Positions 8,942-21,164 of a stretch of 64,000 nt of DNA are shown piece after piece. The stretch is from a virus (taxonomy: Duplodnaviria; Caudoviricetes), in IMG/VR virus record IMGVR_UViG_3300021387_001709, positions 1 to 64,000 of that record; one strand, 5' to 3'. Position numbers and translations under genes: made by a program. Each line of letters begins with the position of its first letter. Position 1 is the first letter of the stretch. The notes under the pieces were generated by a model that had not been told where the DNA came from, did no database searches, and saw nothing but the letters and a program-made list of their open reading frames with translations.

Positions 8942-9136
8942 TCGGCGGTAGACAAGCACTCAAAGTCGAGAAGACAATGTTAGCCTCGGGAAAGGGACAC
9001 AGGGGAGAGACACCCCAGAGGGCATAGACTAAAAATTGTATTTGCGAATACCCCTCGAACTATGGTGCAACCCGGAAGAGGATGCGTGTGATTGAGGTGT
9101 GGGATAAACCGCGCCGACTGCACACCCGCCGAACCA
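8942..9136 (+). ncRNA. 195-nt tRNA-shaped RNA with encoded 3'-ACCA and expanded anticodon and T regions
   Basis: 7-bp TCGGCGG/CCGCCGA plus ACCA; TA then D-arm GAC-AAGCACTCAAA-GTC; GTGTG/CACAC stem; internal hairpins; intergenic and GC-rich. Confidence 0.6.
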
Positions 9137-9160
9137 GATAATTATAAAAGGAGAAGAGAT

Positions 9161-9985
9161 ATGCCTATACATGATGAAATTGGGACAAGAATGAAAAAGT
9201 ATTACGAAGAAATCCCCAAGACAAGATTAATGAGACGCTGTCCAGTGATCGTGAGAATTGATGGCAAAGCATTCCACAGCTTCACTAGAGGATTTAAGAA
9301 ACCGTTTGATGAAATACTAATCAAATCCATGCAAGAAACCATGAAATATCTCTGTGAGAATATACAGGGATGTGTTCTTGGATACCATCAATCAGATGAG
9401 ATTAGTCTTTTGCTAATAGACTACCAAACACTTAATTCCCAGGCATTCTTTGATTACGAGGTACAAAAGATTTGCAGTATTACTGCTTCGATGGCAACGT
9501 TGGCATTTAATAAATTTTTTTCTAATAACGTCCAAGACTTTGGATATGATTGTTGCGATGATACACTTGGAGAAGAAGTAAACACTGGAAGAGAAGAAGA
9601 CTATCATAGATTTGAAACTGTGTATATGAAGAAACTTCATAAAGCGATGTTTGATAGTCGATGCTTCAATCTGGTGAAGGAGGAATGCACAAATTATTTT
9701 TACTGGCGTCAACTCGATGCCACCCGTAACAGTATCCAGATGGTGGGACAGGCGAACTTCTCGCATAAAGAACTCCAGGGTAAATCTTGCAACGCTATCC
9801 AAGATATGTTGCACGAGCAGCGAGGAATTAACTGGAATGATTTGCCGACTTATCAGAAGCGCGGCTCTTGTTGTATTAAAGTCGAGGAAACAATAAATGA
9901 TGTTGTTCGTCACAAATGGGTTATTGACAATGAGATTCCGATTTTTACCGGTGATGGTAGACAATATATTGAAAAATTAATTTGA
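9161..9985 (+). CDS. tRNA(His) guanylyltransferase (Thg1-like 3'-5' polymerase)
   Basis: RMKKYYE, RIDGKAFHSFT, YHQSDEIS, FDSRCF, WRQLDATRNSI. Confidence 0.92.
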   Translation: MPIHDEIGTRMKKYYEEIPKTRLMRRCPVIVRIDGKAFHSFTRGFKKPFDEILIKSMQETMKYLCENIQGCVLGYHQSDEISLLLIDYQTLNSQAFFDYEVQKICSITASMATLAFNKFFSNNVQDFGYDCCDDTLGEEVNTGREEDYHRFETVYMKKLHKAMFDSRCFNLVKEECTNYFYWRQLDATRNSIQMVGQANFSHKELQGKSCNAIQDMLHEQRGINWNDLPTYQKRGSCCIKVEETINDVVRHKWVIDNEIPIFTGDGRQYIEKLI

Positions 9986-9993
9986 GGCGCATT

Positions 9994-10551
9994 ATGATTA
10001 GAGGATTATACAAATTTGCCGAGCGATGGTCAGAGTTTGGCTCTGTATATATCGTTTCAGATACACATTTTGACGACACCGACCGGGAACTTATGGGATA
10101 TACGATATCTACTGAACAACATGTTGACGTTATTAAACGTACTGTTCATAAGCCCGACACTCTCATTCATTTGGGGGATGTCGGCAATCCCGAATATCTT
10201 AGAGCAATCCGAGGATACAAAGTTCTGATTATGGGTAATCATGATGAATCAGCCAGTCGATTTAAGCCATACTTCGATGAAATCTACGAGGGACCGGTAA
10301 TAATCGGTCGCAAGCTGATTCTGTCCCATGAACCGGTGGATGTACCCTGGGCGTTCAATATACATGGGCATAATCACAATGACAGCGGTCTTACTGATGG
10401 ACGCCATCTGAATGTAGCTGCCAATGTTATTGATTACAACCCGGTAAATCTCGGTAAATTAATCAAGGACGGTTTGTTGGTTTGCGTTGAAGACATTCAT
10501 CGCATTACTATTGATAACGCTATTAAAAGAAATGAGGAGAAATTATTATGA
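9994..10551 (+). CDS. Calcineurin-like metallophosphoesterase
   Basis: SDTH, HLGD, GNHD, LSHEP, HGHNH. Confidence 0.88.
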   Translation: MIRGLYKFAERWSEFGSVYIVSDTHFDDTDRELMGYTISTEQHVDVIKRTVHKPDTLIHLGDVGNPEYLRAIRGYKVLIMGNHDESASRFKPYFDEIYEGPVIIGRKLILSHEPVDVPWAFNIHGHNHNDSGLTDGRHLNVAANVIDYNPVNLGKLIKDGLLVCVEDIHRITIDNAIKRNEEKLL

Positions 10552-11227
10552 AAGTTTTAACTACTGCAATGGAACTAATGTTAATTCAGGACGACCTTCT
10601 TAGACGAGAAAAAATTTATAGTATTGATTATGACATTATTATGTTTGATCAGATTTGGGGAAGTACAGCACTGGGGTTTCCGGGATTCGGTGGCAGTGCA
10701 ATGACAGAAGCTACCACATATGTGCTGATTCCGAAGAAGGAAGCTGATTGCGCTCATGTGTATTTTGGGTCGCAGTTCGCATACAAGGTTAACGGTCTTA
10801 CACAAACGTTTATGGATGATTTGAACAATCATTCCATGGCGAGCGTGATGGAAGCGAGTAGTCGATATGGTAGCCTAGAGAGTGAGGAGACTTTAGATGA
10901 AGATAGTGCTGACTGAAGAACAGTACGCCGAGTTGAGAAAAGACCATTATCTTGAGATAATTATTAACGAAGCTGCTAAACAGAATTTGTATTTTGAATT
11001 TAATGATAGTGGAGCATTCGACTACGGCGAAATTAATCAAAAGGGTATTCCGGGGTATCCGAGGGGATTTTATTTTGACGACGAAGATTTAAAAAAGATA
11101 ATTCCCGCCAAACCCACTGACCCGTCTTGGTATCACAATGAACCTCTGTGTCCTAACTGTGGGGCATATATGTTGTATAAGTTTGAATGCTGTCCTAAAT
11201 GCGGTCAGGCACTAGACTGGAGAGAGA

Positions 11228-11755
11228 GTGATTAATATGATGAGCGACGAGATAGCTACTAGCATTATATTCTTAGATGTTGACGGCGTTCTAAATTGCG
11301 ATTCCGCTAAAGCACTGGCACCGAGTGGAGCACTAGGTGTAATGGATTCCAAGGTCAAGTTGCTGAGGACAATTGTTGATCTTACGGATGCCAAAGTTGT
11401 TCTCAGTAGCGATTGGCGGTTATGTGAGCCAGGAAATCGTGATTATAAGTATCTAGAGAATAAACTGTGGTACAGAGGCGGTATCAAAATCTACGGTAAA
11501 ACTTCGGATATTGATTGGCGACGTCGAGGACAGGAGATACTTGCTTGGCTCAGTAAACATCCGCAAGTTACTTCATGGGTGGTGTTGGATGATATTATGT
11601 TTAGTGATTTTTCTCGTCCGGAGTTCGCTGGTCATCTGGTAATTACTGATTATAAGGTTGGACTCACGGATAGCAACGCTCTCAAAGCTATCAAAATATT
11701 GCGTGGTGAATATACTGAGGAAGGTGAAGACTATGACCCAGACGAATTGCCCTAA
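11228..11755 (+). CDS. HAD phosphatase (Swiss-army-knife RNA-repair type)
   Basis: IFLDVDGVLN, VLSSDWR, RGQEI, VVLDD. Confidence 0.8.
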   Translation: MINMMSDEIATSIIFLDVDGVLNCDSAKALAPSGALGVMDSKVKLLRTIVDLTDAKVVLSSDWRLCEPGNRDYKYLENKLWYRGGIKIYGKTSDIDWRRRGQEILAWLSKHPQVTSWVVLDDIMFSDFSRPEFAGHLVITDYKVGLTDSNALKAIKILRGEYTEEGEDYDPDELP

Positions 11756-12073
11756 TTGTGGAGCACCGATTGAGCCGTATAAGTATAGGTGCGATTATTG
11801 CGGAACTTATTATTTGGATTTAACCGCTTTTGATATGAGCGAGGATAGACCATACTACGTGAAGTTCCGTATACCCGGCGGAGTTCTTACAACTAGGGCA
11901 ATACCTGAAGTAAAAGATGTGGATGTATATCAAGATTCGGTTAATGCATTGGATTATGCCGGGAATAGGGTTGCAACATTTGTTAATTCCAGAAGCTGTG
12001 ACATCGGAGTTGTATTTCACGCGGTAATGGATCAGAATGATAGAACACTTTATAAAATCGATATTGATAATAA

Positions 12074-12141
12074 TTAATTATTAAATAGTGTTGACACGGA
12101 ATGTGGCGTGTGCTATTATAAGACAGTAGTTAATTATTAAA
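12074..12141 (+). promoter_or_regulatory. Sigma-A promoter bracketed by TTAATTATTAAA boxes
   Basis: TTGACA (12091)-17-TATTAT (12114) with extended TG; boxes at 12074 and 12130. Confidence 0.8.
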
Positions 12142-12144
12142 TAA

Positions 12145-12381
12145 ATGAGGAACATACACATGAAAACAAACTATAGAAAAAATGATGTAGTCCAGTTTAC
12201 CGAAACTCATAAATGGGTGGCTTCTCTCGGCATCATATCCGACATTCGAGAGCAAGATGGCGATATTTCATACCTGATTGGAGTTCCGGTTCCGCAGCAG
12301 GGTATCGCATATATTTGGTCTAGTGAACCGGACATTGAGTTCGAGTATGTCGGCAGAGCAATACTGGGAGAACCTGAGTAA
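12145..12381 (+). CDS. Hypothetical protein, paralog of 34608..34862
   Basis: Shared DVVQF.E.H.W..GII..GDI.Y.IGVP..AYI..FEY.G. Confidence 0.7.
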   Translation: MRNIHMKTNYRKNDVVQFTETHKWVASLGIISDIREQDGDISYLIGVPVPQQGIAYIWSSEPDIEFEYVGRAILGEPE

Positions 12382-12406
12382 CTAATAAAACAAAATTTTG
12401 ATTGTT

Positions 12407-12577
12407 TCTGCGGTGGCGGAATAGACATCCACAATCTGGGTAACAGGGAGGATGGTAAAGAAGTGGCGAAACGCCCTTCATTTGTAGACGCTTATACATA
12501 AGGCGCATACTCAGAACGACCAATGACGAGTTGTATTGCAATGGTGCTATATGTGGTGCAAATCCACATCCGCAGAA
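12407..12577 (+). ncRNA. tRNA-like RNA, family A copy 1, with insertions in the D-loop and anticodon region
   Basis: TCTGCGG/CCGCAGA; TGGCGGAATAG..GTAGACGC; T-arm ATGTGG-TGCAAAT-CCACAT. Confidence 0.7.
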
Positions 12578-13128
12578 TTGGAGAATATATGAAGTTAGGA
12601 ATAATTATTGCCGTTGCGATATTATTTATTGCAATTTCAATATATATAGTTAATGCATTCTGTTATTATAATGATAAAGAAGGCTATCAGACAATATCAT
12701 ACGATGAATTTATTAAATTAATGGCGGTTGCACCGGAAAAATGGGAAATTTCTGATTGGGCTAGTCGTGTATATTACAACAATACCATAATTTATATGAA
12801 AACGTACTTTGACGAACTGAGGTTGGCTCACGCAAAAAAGAAAAGTGATAAGTTAATTCTTCAGTCGGCTATGGATAAAAAACGAGCAGAGTTAATCAAA
12901 TCCTGGCAATCTGATATCGATAATTATCGTAGCGAATATATGGACGTTGTCAAAACGTATTTGGATGGGGACAAAATATTATGAAACGGTATAGGGTTTG
13001 TGTTCGACTCGAGGAAGAATACGATGATATCATTGCGGATTCCAAAGAAGAAGCATTCCTAATTGCAAGTGATGCAGCGATTAGTGGTGGCAGCTGGTAT
13101 TATTCAGTAGAGGAGATTGAGGACGATA

Positions 13129-13434
13129 ATGAATATCAATATTAAAGAAGCTGAGTTATATCAAGAAATTGAATTATTTGATGACGATAGAAAAATCGGT
13201 GAAGCAGAAGTTGACCTCAAAAACAAAATGCTATCCAGACTAAGCATTTTTCCGCCCTATCAAAATTGCGGCTACGGGCAGCAAGTTGTTAAGATGTTGC
13301 GTGAAAAATATGGATGTAATAATCTATGGGTTAATGCCGACAATAATCAGGCAATCCATGTTTATGAGAAATGCGGATTCAAAATGGTGAAGCCTACGAT
13401 GTATATGATGGAACTAAATATAGATGACGAATAA
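13129..13434 (+). CDS. GNAT acetyltransferase
   Basis: PPYQNCGYG, LWVNADNNQAIHVYEKCGF. Confidence 0.85.
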   Translation: MNINIKEAELYQEIELFDDDRKIGEAEVDLKNKMLSRLSIFPPYQNCGYGQQVVKMLREKYGCNNLWVNADNNQAIHVYEKCGFKMVKPTMYMMELNIDDE

Positions 13435-14384
13435 GGAGAAGGTTATGGTTAAAGTATTTACAACAAATAGCAACGGCAAAATTGAATTTACCAAAGATGA
13501 ACTTGAAAAGCTATTAAACGAGGTGTGGCAAGACGGATGTGATTCCAACAAATCGCTTTGGTGGACTTCGCCGACGACTCCTCAGCAGCTTGAACTTATT
13601 CGAGACAAAAATAAGGTGCCGATTACGTGCTAAAGGTGAATTATGAATAAAGAAGAATTATTAAAAGCAATAGACATTGTCAAGGCTAACAGTAAAAAGT
13701 ACCATTGGTATCTTCCGGAATATGTAGTAGAGTACATTGAAAATAATATCGATAATCTTGATGGATTTTGGTATCACAATGGCAAGTTGATGTGTCACGG
13801 AGATGAAATTATTTCGCTACCAAAATATACTGGACTTAAAGGGGGATTTCTCGTCTGTGATTAAATGGAATAGAATTGAAGCTGGTGATTATAGATCTGA
13901 CGATGAGAGATTTCATATTATCAAGACCTGGGATCGAATATATGGGAATCACTGGCAGCTGTATGATAGTAATAGCACAGATTATTATAAAGGATTATAT
14001 CAAGAGCGGACTTTATTAGACTGTAAATTAAAAGCAGAGACTATACTAGACAGAGACAATGAAAGGATTGTTTTATGAGAATTATTTTTCTCTTTCATAT
14101 GAGGGGACTAACATTGGAGTTATGATAAAATATTTGAGAATTGAATTTTTTAAAAACAACAAATTTGACAAAGTAAAAATAATCCCAGTTGAATCATACG
14201 ACCAGGACATAATCGGAAAACTAGTTTTACAGTACGGTAATGAGGTAAAAATATATAAATGCAATCAACGTGGCAATAATTATAGTAACAGACTTGTAGC
14301 TGTATATGGGATTGTATTATAGGTGATGTAATATGAAGATACACGTAGAGTTTTCTACGGAGATTTTAGCTAAGAGAGGGTTTT

Positions 14385-14780
14385 ATGAAAATTATTATAT
14401 TATGTTTGATGGTATTTCTTCATATAGTTGATGATTATTATCTCCAAGGAATTCTGGCGCAGATGAAGCAGAAATACTGGTGGGAGAAAAATGCACCAGA
14501 TCCGCTTTATAAAAACGATTATAAGGTTGCGTTGATTGAACATGCATTTAGCTGGACATTTATGATTATGCTGCCAATAACTGTGATGATGATTATCAAC
14601 AATAATATATTAATAATACCTTGGAGTATAACATTTGTTGTTAATTGGATTATCCATGGATGGGTAGATCATTCAAAGGCTAATATTCGAAATATAAGTC
14701 TTGTGGTTGATCAAGTAATTCATATCTGTCAGATTATTGGGACATGGGTTTTAATGACAGAGATAATGGAGGTTGTCTGA
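14385..14780 (+). CDS. DUF3307-like membrane protein
   Basis: H..DDYYLQ, IHGWVD..K, DQVIH and hydrophobic segments. Confidence 0.7.
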   Translation: MKIIILCLMVFLHIVDDYYLQGILAQMKQKYWWEKNAPDPLYKNDYKVALIEHAFSWTFMIMLPITVMMIINNNILIIPWSITFVVNWIIHGWVDHSKANIRNISLVVDQVIHICQIIGTWVLMTEIMEVV

Positions 14781-16411
14781 TGAGCATTTTAATTAGCGGA
14801 AGAGGAAAGAAGAATGACAGGATTAAAAGAACTTAAAGTAGCGTATGAATATATGAGTAAGGAATTCAGCTTCCTAGTCACAGATGTAATATTTGATGAT
14901 ACTGATGAAAGATATGAACTTGTTTTTAAATGGTTTGGGGTCGGACTTAGAATGAGTTTTAGATATGCATTTATTTTAGATACCGATCCTTATTACGATG
15001 ATATAATTTTTTATGGCGATCCATATACCCATTTCTCGATAGCTTGTTACCGAGCAATTACAAATTTTTTGGCAACGTTGCAAGCACATAGATCTGATAA
15101 AGATACAATGATGGCGTTTATTGATTATCTTAAGGAGCGATGCAATGAGTATAGTGATTAAAGGTATGATGATGCCCACGAGTTGTCTGGATTGTCCTAT
15201 ATACGACAATTATAATTATCATTGCAATCTGTATAGTTACGGCATCCCAGCAAGATATAATTATGATTCATCAAAAAGACCCGAATGGTGTGAACTCGAA
15301 GAACTTCCGGAACATCATGGCAGACTAATTGATGAAAACGAAGTCCGAATTGTAATGAATTGGCTTTTAACTCAGTCACAAAGGCCGGTATGGAACGATG
15401 TTTATAATGCAATACAAGAAATGAATGCAGTGATTGAAGCAGAAGGAGTGGATGAATGAGTGTTTTAATCAAAGGAATGCAGATGCCAGATAATTGTGAT
15501 GTATGTCCTTTCTCAGGCTGGTCAAACCTACATCAAACATCATGCTGTAAACTCAAAGAGTATGAGCCGGGATTTCAAGATTATAGCATAGCTTATAGAA
15601 CACAAAGAAGTAATATTTGTCCACTTGTTGATATCCCAGAACATCACGGCAGACTGATTGATGCAGATACTCTAGTTGCGGAATCACTTGCGGATGGTGC
15701 TTATGGATATGTGGATACAAAAGAGATTTATGTCGCACCTACGATTGTTGAAGCAGAATAAGGAGAATATTATGACTGTTCAGGAATTATATGATTATTG
15801 CAAGGAGCGCGGAGTAACAGACTTCGAAATTTTTATAAACGAAATATCTGTTAATGGGTGTTTTATCGGTTATGAAAAGTTAACTCCAGATGAGATAGAT
15901 ATTGGTTATGCGGAAAAAATGATAACGCTCTAAAATGAGGAGATATACCAATGAAAATTAGAGAGCTACTTGAGCGAGAAAAATACATTGACGATACAAT
16001 CAATAAGTTTGCAAAAAGAACTCGTAATATAGAAGTAAGTATTATTGGACGGGATAATCCGAGTATTAACATTTCAGAAAATGATGCCAGACAAATAGCA
16101 ACTTGCCTAGATTGGCTCCAGGCAATATTTAAACAGAATATTGATAGTATTAGCGTATATGATGTAAGTATAAAAAATCTTCCGGATTATTAATGAGAGG
16201 TGGTCTAATGATAAGAAAAGATTGTATATATTACCATTGTGAACATGATATGGGAGCAAGTATTGATTGCTGCACATTGAAAGGATTGGGCAATTGTCCA
16301 TGTTCAAGCGATTGCAATGATTATGCGAATAAAAATGAAATATATTTACTTGGACTCGAAGTATTTAAGAAACGAAAAGAAGCTAAAGAACATACAAAAT
16401 GAAAGGGTTAT

Positions 16412-16618
16412 TTGATGAATCTTGAAATTTGTCCTTTTTGTGGTGGAGACTCTAAAATTGAAAAGATTAGTTATATAGATGGAAACTGCCATTATTTTGA
16501 TTGGAACATATCATGTAATTCTTGTCCTGCAACTATGCGAATCGCAGCCGACTGCTACTATGGTAGAGAATATTTTACAGAAGAAGAAGCAATCGGATTC
16601 TGGAATAGGAGAAAATAA
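16412..16618 (+). CDS. Lar-family restriction-alleviation-like Zn-ribbon protein
   Basis: L..CPFCGG, C..C, EEEAI..WNRR. Confidence 0.7.
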   Translation: MMNLEICPFCGGDSKIEKISYIDGNCHYFDWNISCNSCPATMRIAADCYYGREYFTEEEAIGFWNRRK

Positions 16619-19600
16619 TAGGAGGAATTTGATGGTTGTACGTAGTCATAAGATTTATGAATATGTATTTGAAGATGAGAAGGAACATCATGTTTGGCAT
16701 ATTCGTAGTTTTTTTAAATTTTCAGACGAACACTTAGAATATGAAAAGAAAAAACACGGGAAGTTAATTAACCAGTCTGAATGGACTGAGGAAATTGATG
16801 TTGAATGAAAGGATTTTCCGATGACGGTCAAACAATTGATTAATAAACTGCAAGAATTCCCAGAGGATATGCCAGTTGCAATTTTTCATGATATTAATCC
16901 TAGTGATATTGATAATCCTAATTTTATAGAAGTAAATGTATGTACATGGGAGCATAACAATTATCCTTACAATAAACCAAGTTTTGATTATGTAAATTTA
17001 GTATAAGTAGAGGATTATTTGATAAATGAAGATAAAAAGGGACATGGAAAAAGAATTCGAAAAATGCATTGAAGTAAATAGCCACGACTGTTATTCAAAA
17101 TTTGTTATAGATTATATGATTCGTTGGGCAGACATGATGGAAGAATGTATATCTAATGGCGAAAATATTAATGATATTGCGGAAAAGACATCGCATGAGG
17201 CTGACACGGATGGTATCACCGGTTTTATGTATGGATGTGCAGTCGATCTGTTATCTAGACTTTGGGAATATGGAGAAGACCTAAGAAAATGGCATAATAA
17301 ACGGTATGAATATGATGGAGATGGAGTTGCTAATCCAGCTGTTTTCACTGTTGTTAGATAATGAAATGATACTTTCATTGGGGGTAAAAAATGGAAAAAA
17401 TTCAATATGAGGGCAAAATTACATGTTCCGACACGAAATTGTTAAATTGGGTGCTTGAAATGCTTGAAAATAAAGGGGTTGAGATTGTCCAAACTTGGGA
17501 TGGTACTATGGATCACTACGTGGAAATTTTTAAAAAAATCCAATGAAACGATTCTTTCATTGAGGAGGAAAAATGCCAAATATTTTTAGCATTGTACAAC
17601 ACATTGATACAGAAATTTTGGACAGAAAAATTACTGCTTGGAATAACACACACAATTATAGCCCTATAATTTTAATGTCGCCGGATACATTGGCAGAAAT
17701 GCCAACATTCAATGATATGGGAATTTATGTTTCGAAAAGCACATGCAATAATTGTACAGGTCAAGTTGGCACATACGAGGGAATAAAAGTATTTAGTGAT
17801 CCAAGTATGAAATATGGTGATGTTGAAATGAGATAAAAATTCATTTTATGGTGGACATATTATGAGAGTAAAAATTGGAAATAAAATTATATGGTTTGAT
17901 ATTGCTATTCAACCTGGCGGGACCGATGATCACATTTATCTAGGTCATGCAAATGATAGAGAACATTATGTTATAGATTGTAAATCTACGGATTTGGCAA
18001 CCGCATTTTTAAATGATTTGTTGCAATATGGATTTGCTGACGTAAGTAATTTTGCTGGCAATGTTTTTGATTACTCCAATGATATTGATTGGAGATGAAA
18101 TGAGTTTTTGATGGAGGTATGAAAATGAAGTGGCAATATATTAAACGAGACAAAATCTGGAAGAAGCAACTTCATCATTATTGGTCAACTGTTACTGATG
18201 GATGGGGAGTATCTTCTGATGAACGGTTTAATTATAAGATTGATACATACTTATACAAATGCTTCTCATTTAAAAATGGTTTTTGGTATCAAGTAAAAGT
18301 CCCAAATTTTGTAGCTAATGATAAAAAACTGGGTACGGTTTTAGATTTACTATTTAGATATATTTACGTAGATGGCGGTACACCTTGTTATCAGAGACTG
18401 GAAGATGAACTTATGAGGAAAGGCTTGTGGAAACGATTGGGTAGTTGATAAAGTGGGTTTTTAGCGGATGAAATAGGTGTGTAGTAATATGTGTGGGACA
18501 AAAGATAAACCGTGCTGTACTTGCTTTTGTGGCGATGGCGGATGTCTTGCTTCTATGAGAGAGGATTTTTATATGCCCGCTACGAAAAAACAGATACGGG
18601 AACGATTAGAAAATGGTTCGTATCCAGAATACCTGGATGTTATGAAGACGTATTTGAAAGCACTGGAAATAGCAGCCGAACAAACAATGCCGTCATTAGA
18701 AGATATGAGTCGGATGAACCAAATTTTAAGAGAGCGATTATATTGCTGTGAGGATAATTAATAAATGAAATTCTATAAGAGATTAATCCAGCCAAGATAT
18801 GCCGTAGAAATGCGAAGATGGTTTGAAGAAATTCGGACAGAAAAAGATGGCATGATAAGTTTTGAGTACAAACCCAAAATGGCCTATATGGGATCATATG
18901 AGTTTAAAGACATTAAAGAATGGTTCCCAGAAGACCAAGAACCAAAATTAAGAGAAGCGTATGAAAATTTATGTGAGCGCCGCGACCAGAAATTGGTATT
19001 TGCGGAAAAATATGTACTAGCAGATGAAGATATTCCAATAGAAATTGTACGATGTAAAGATTGTGAACATTGGAAATTAAATTATTACGATGAGGTGGAG
19101 ACATGCTTCGAACATCGTAATGTAGATGGAACCGAGCAAGCAACTCGACCAGATGATTTTTGTAGCTAGGGGAAGAGAAGAACAAATGGTACTTAATGAA
19201 TTTGTTGAAGAATTAGATGTCGCAATCAAACAAGATGGACATGATATTTATTGTAATGCAGAAACTGCCAGTATGATCAAGGCTATAATGAGTGATAGTA
19301 ACTTGCTGCATAGGTTGATTAAATATATTGAAGACAGTAAAGTTTATTACTCAGATGGGAGCTTATGTTCTATAGGAGAATCCATTATTGGTGAACGAGT
19401 TTGCGATGATATTCTGAAGTATATCGATAAAATAAAAGGAGAACAAAACGACATTTGATCATGATTAATCAGATTGTTGAAGTTTATGAAGATGAATTTC
19501 TTGATGCGATAACAGACAGAGTTTTTAGAAAGTGTTTAACGTGTAACAAATATCTTGATAAAAAAGATCCACATATTATTGCATATAAAAACGGCATACC

Positions 19601-20711
19601 AGCATATTTTTGTGAAGAACATATAAACAATGCAAAACACTATTTGGATTGGTATCAAGAATTCGTAGAAGTATGTGAGTAATAAAAAGATTACTTTATG
19701 GTGGTAGCAATGAGTGATTTCAGATTAATAAATGCAACAAACGTTGAAATAGTAGATAACAAAGATGGCACTAAGAAATTATCGTGTTCCGTTCCGGTTA
19801 TTGATGATTATGGCAGCGTAAATTCAGCAATAGTTAATATTCCTAGAATGGACATGGATGGAAATATGTTAAATGTATTAGCTGATGATAATGACATAAT
19901 ATATGTATTGGAAATCCAAGATGAATAGAGGAGAAGATTATATATATGATCACAGCAGAAGAAATGAGAAACGAAATAGTTTCGCCAGAAGTGCGACACG
20001 ATATCGAGTTAATCGAGGAAGAATTGAGAAAAGCAATATCTTTAGGATTTGTGATGACAACTTTTCATGGACGAGGCTTTAAAGACCAGACCATTAAATA
20101 TCTGTTAGATAAAGGTTATCATTACATAGAACATGATGGAGTGTTTGGGGATTTTGATGTCACCATTAGTTGTAAACCTTATTATGTTGGCCCGTTTGAT
20201 CGTGAAATAACTTATGATGATTTAAGACTATAACGAATATAAAAAAAATATTTAATGAGGATGAAGAATGAACATTTTCTCATATCAATACGGTACGGTT
20301 TTCACTGGCAAACAAATCAAAGATTTTCTTAAAGAATGGGAATCCAAAGGACATAGCATGTATAGGTTACGCCAGTATGAAAGATGTGAAGATAACGAAT
20401 TATATAAATTCGTAGAATTACCTGGAACTGGCTCTGGAGAAAAATTTAAAGGATTCGTGAAGGTGAAATAAAAATATATGATATACAAAGTTGAAGCAGT
20501 TGGAATTAATGAACCTCGCAAATATATTGTATATTACAATTATGGGGAAAGAAGAAGAGAATTTATTGGTGTTGATAAGCTTCCAAAATCAGTAGAAAAA
20601 TTTATCCATAATAGCGGCAGGAAATTTGCATTAGAGTATACAACGATTAATAATCAGTTGATACCTAGAACAATTTGCTATGACAATGATTAATCTAAAA
20701 AGGATGATGTT

Positions 20712-21164
20712 ATGATATACAAAGAAGAAAAACGTGATTTATTCACCGTTGATGATAGCTATTACCTGGCGCATTGCATCAGTGCAGATTTTAAACTTGG
20801 CGCAGGAATCGCTGTAGAATTTGATAAACGCTTTAATTGTCGCAAGAGATTATTCGAAATGTATCCAGCGTCCAGAACTCCTTACTGGGATAAGCTCCAA
20901 GATAAATTCAAGGGGTTGTGTGTTATTACGGATCCCGTCTATAATCTAATAACAAAGCGCAACTATTGGAATAAGCCGACATTAGCAACCATGAAAAACG
21001 CGCTGCTTTGGATGAAAGAGGACTGCGAAATTCGCAAGATCGATAAACTGGCAATGCCGATGATTGGCTGCGGATTAGATAAATTACGCTGGGAAGATGT
21101 TTCTGCTCTAATCAAAGAAACGTTTATAGATACAAACGTAGAGATTCTGGTTTGTTATCAATAA
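20712..21164 (+). CDS. Macrodomain ADP-ribose hydrolase (TARG1/DarG-like)
   Basis: DLF, AHCISADFKLGAGIA, NLITK, LAMPMIGCGLDKLRW. Confidence 0.88.
   Translation: MIYKEEKRDLFTVDDSYYLAHCISADFKLGAGIAVEFDKRFNCRKRLFEMYPASRTPYWDKLQDKFKGLCVITDPVYNLITKRNYWNKPTLATMKNALLWMKEDCEIRKIDKLAMPMIGCGLDKLRWEDVSALIKETFIDTNVEILVCYQ

Noticed and set aside
9020-9045. CUA amber-suppressor anticodon inside the 195-nt RNA
   Set aside because: CTA is present but not in a 5-bp stem with a 7-nt loop and U33
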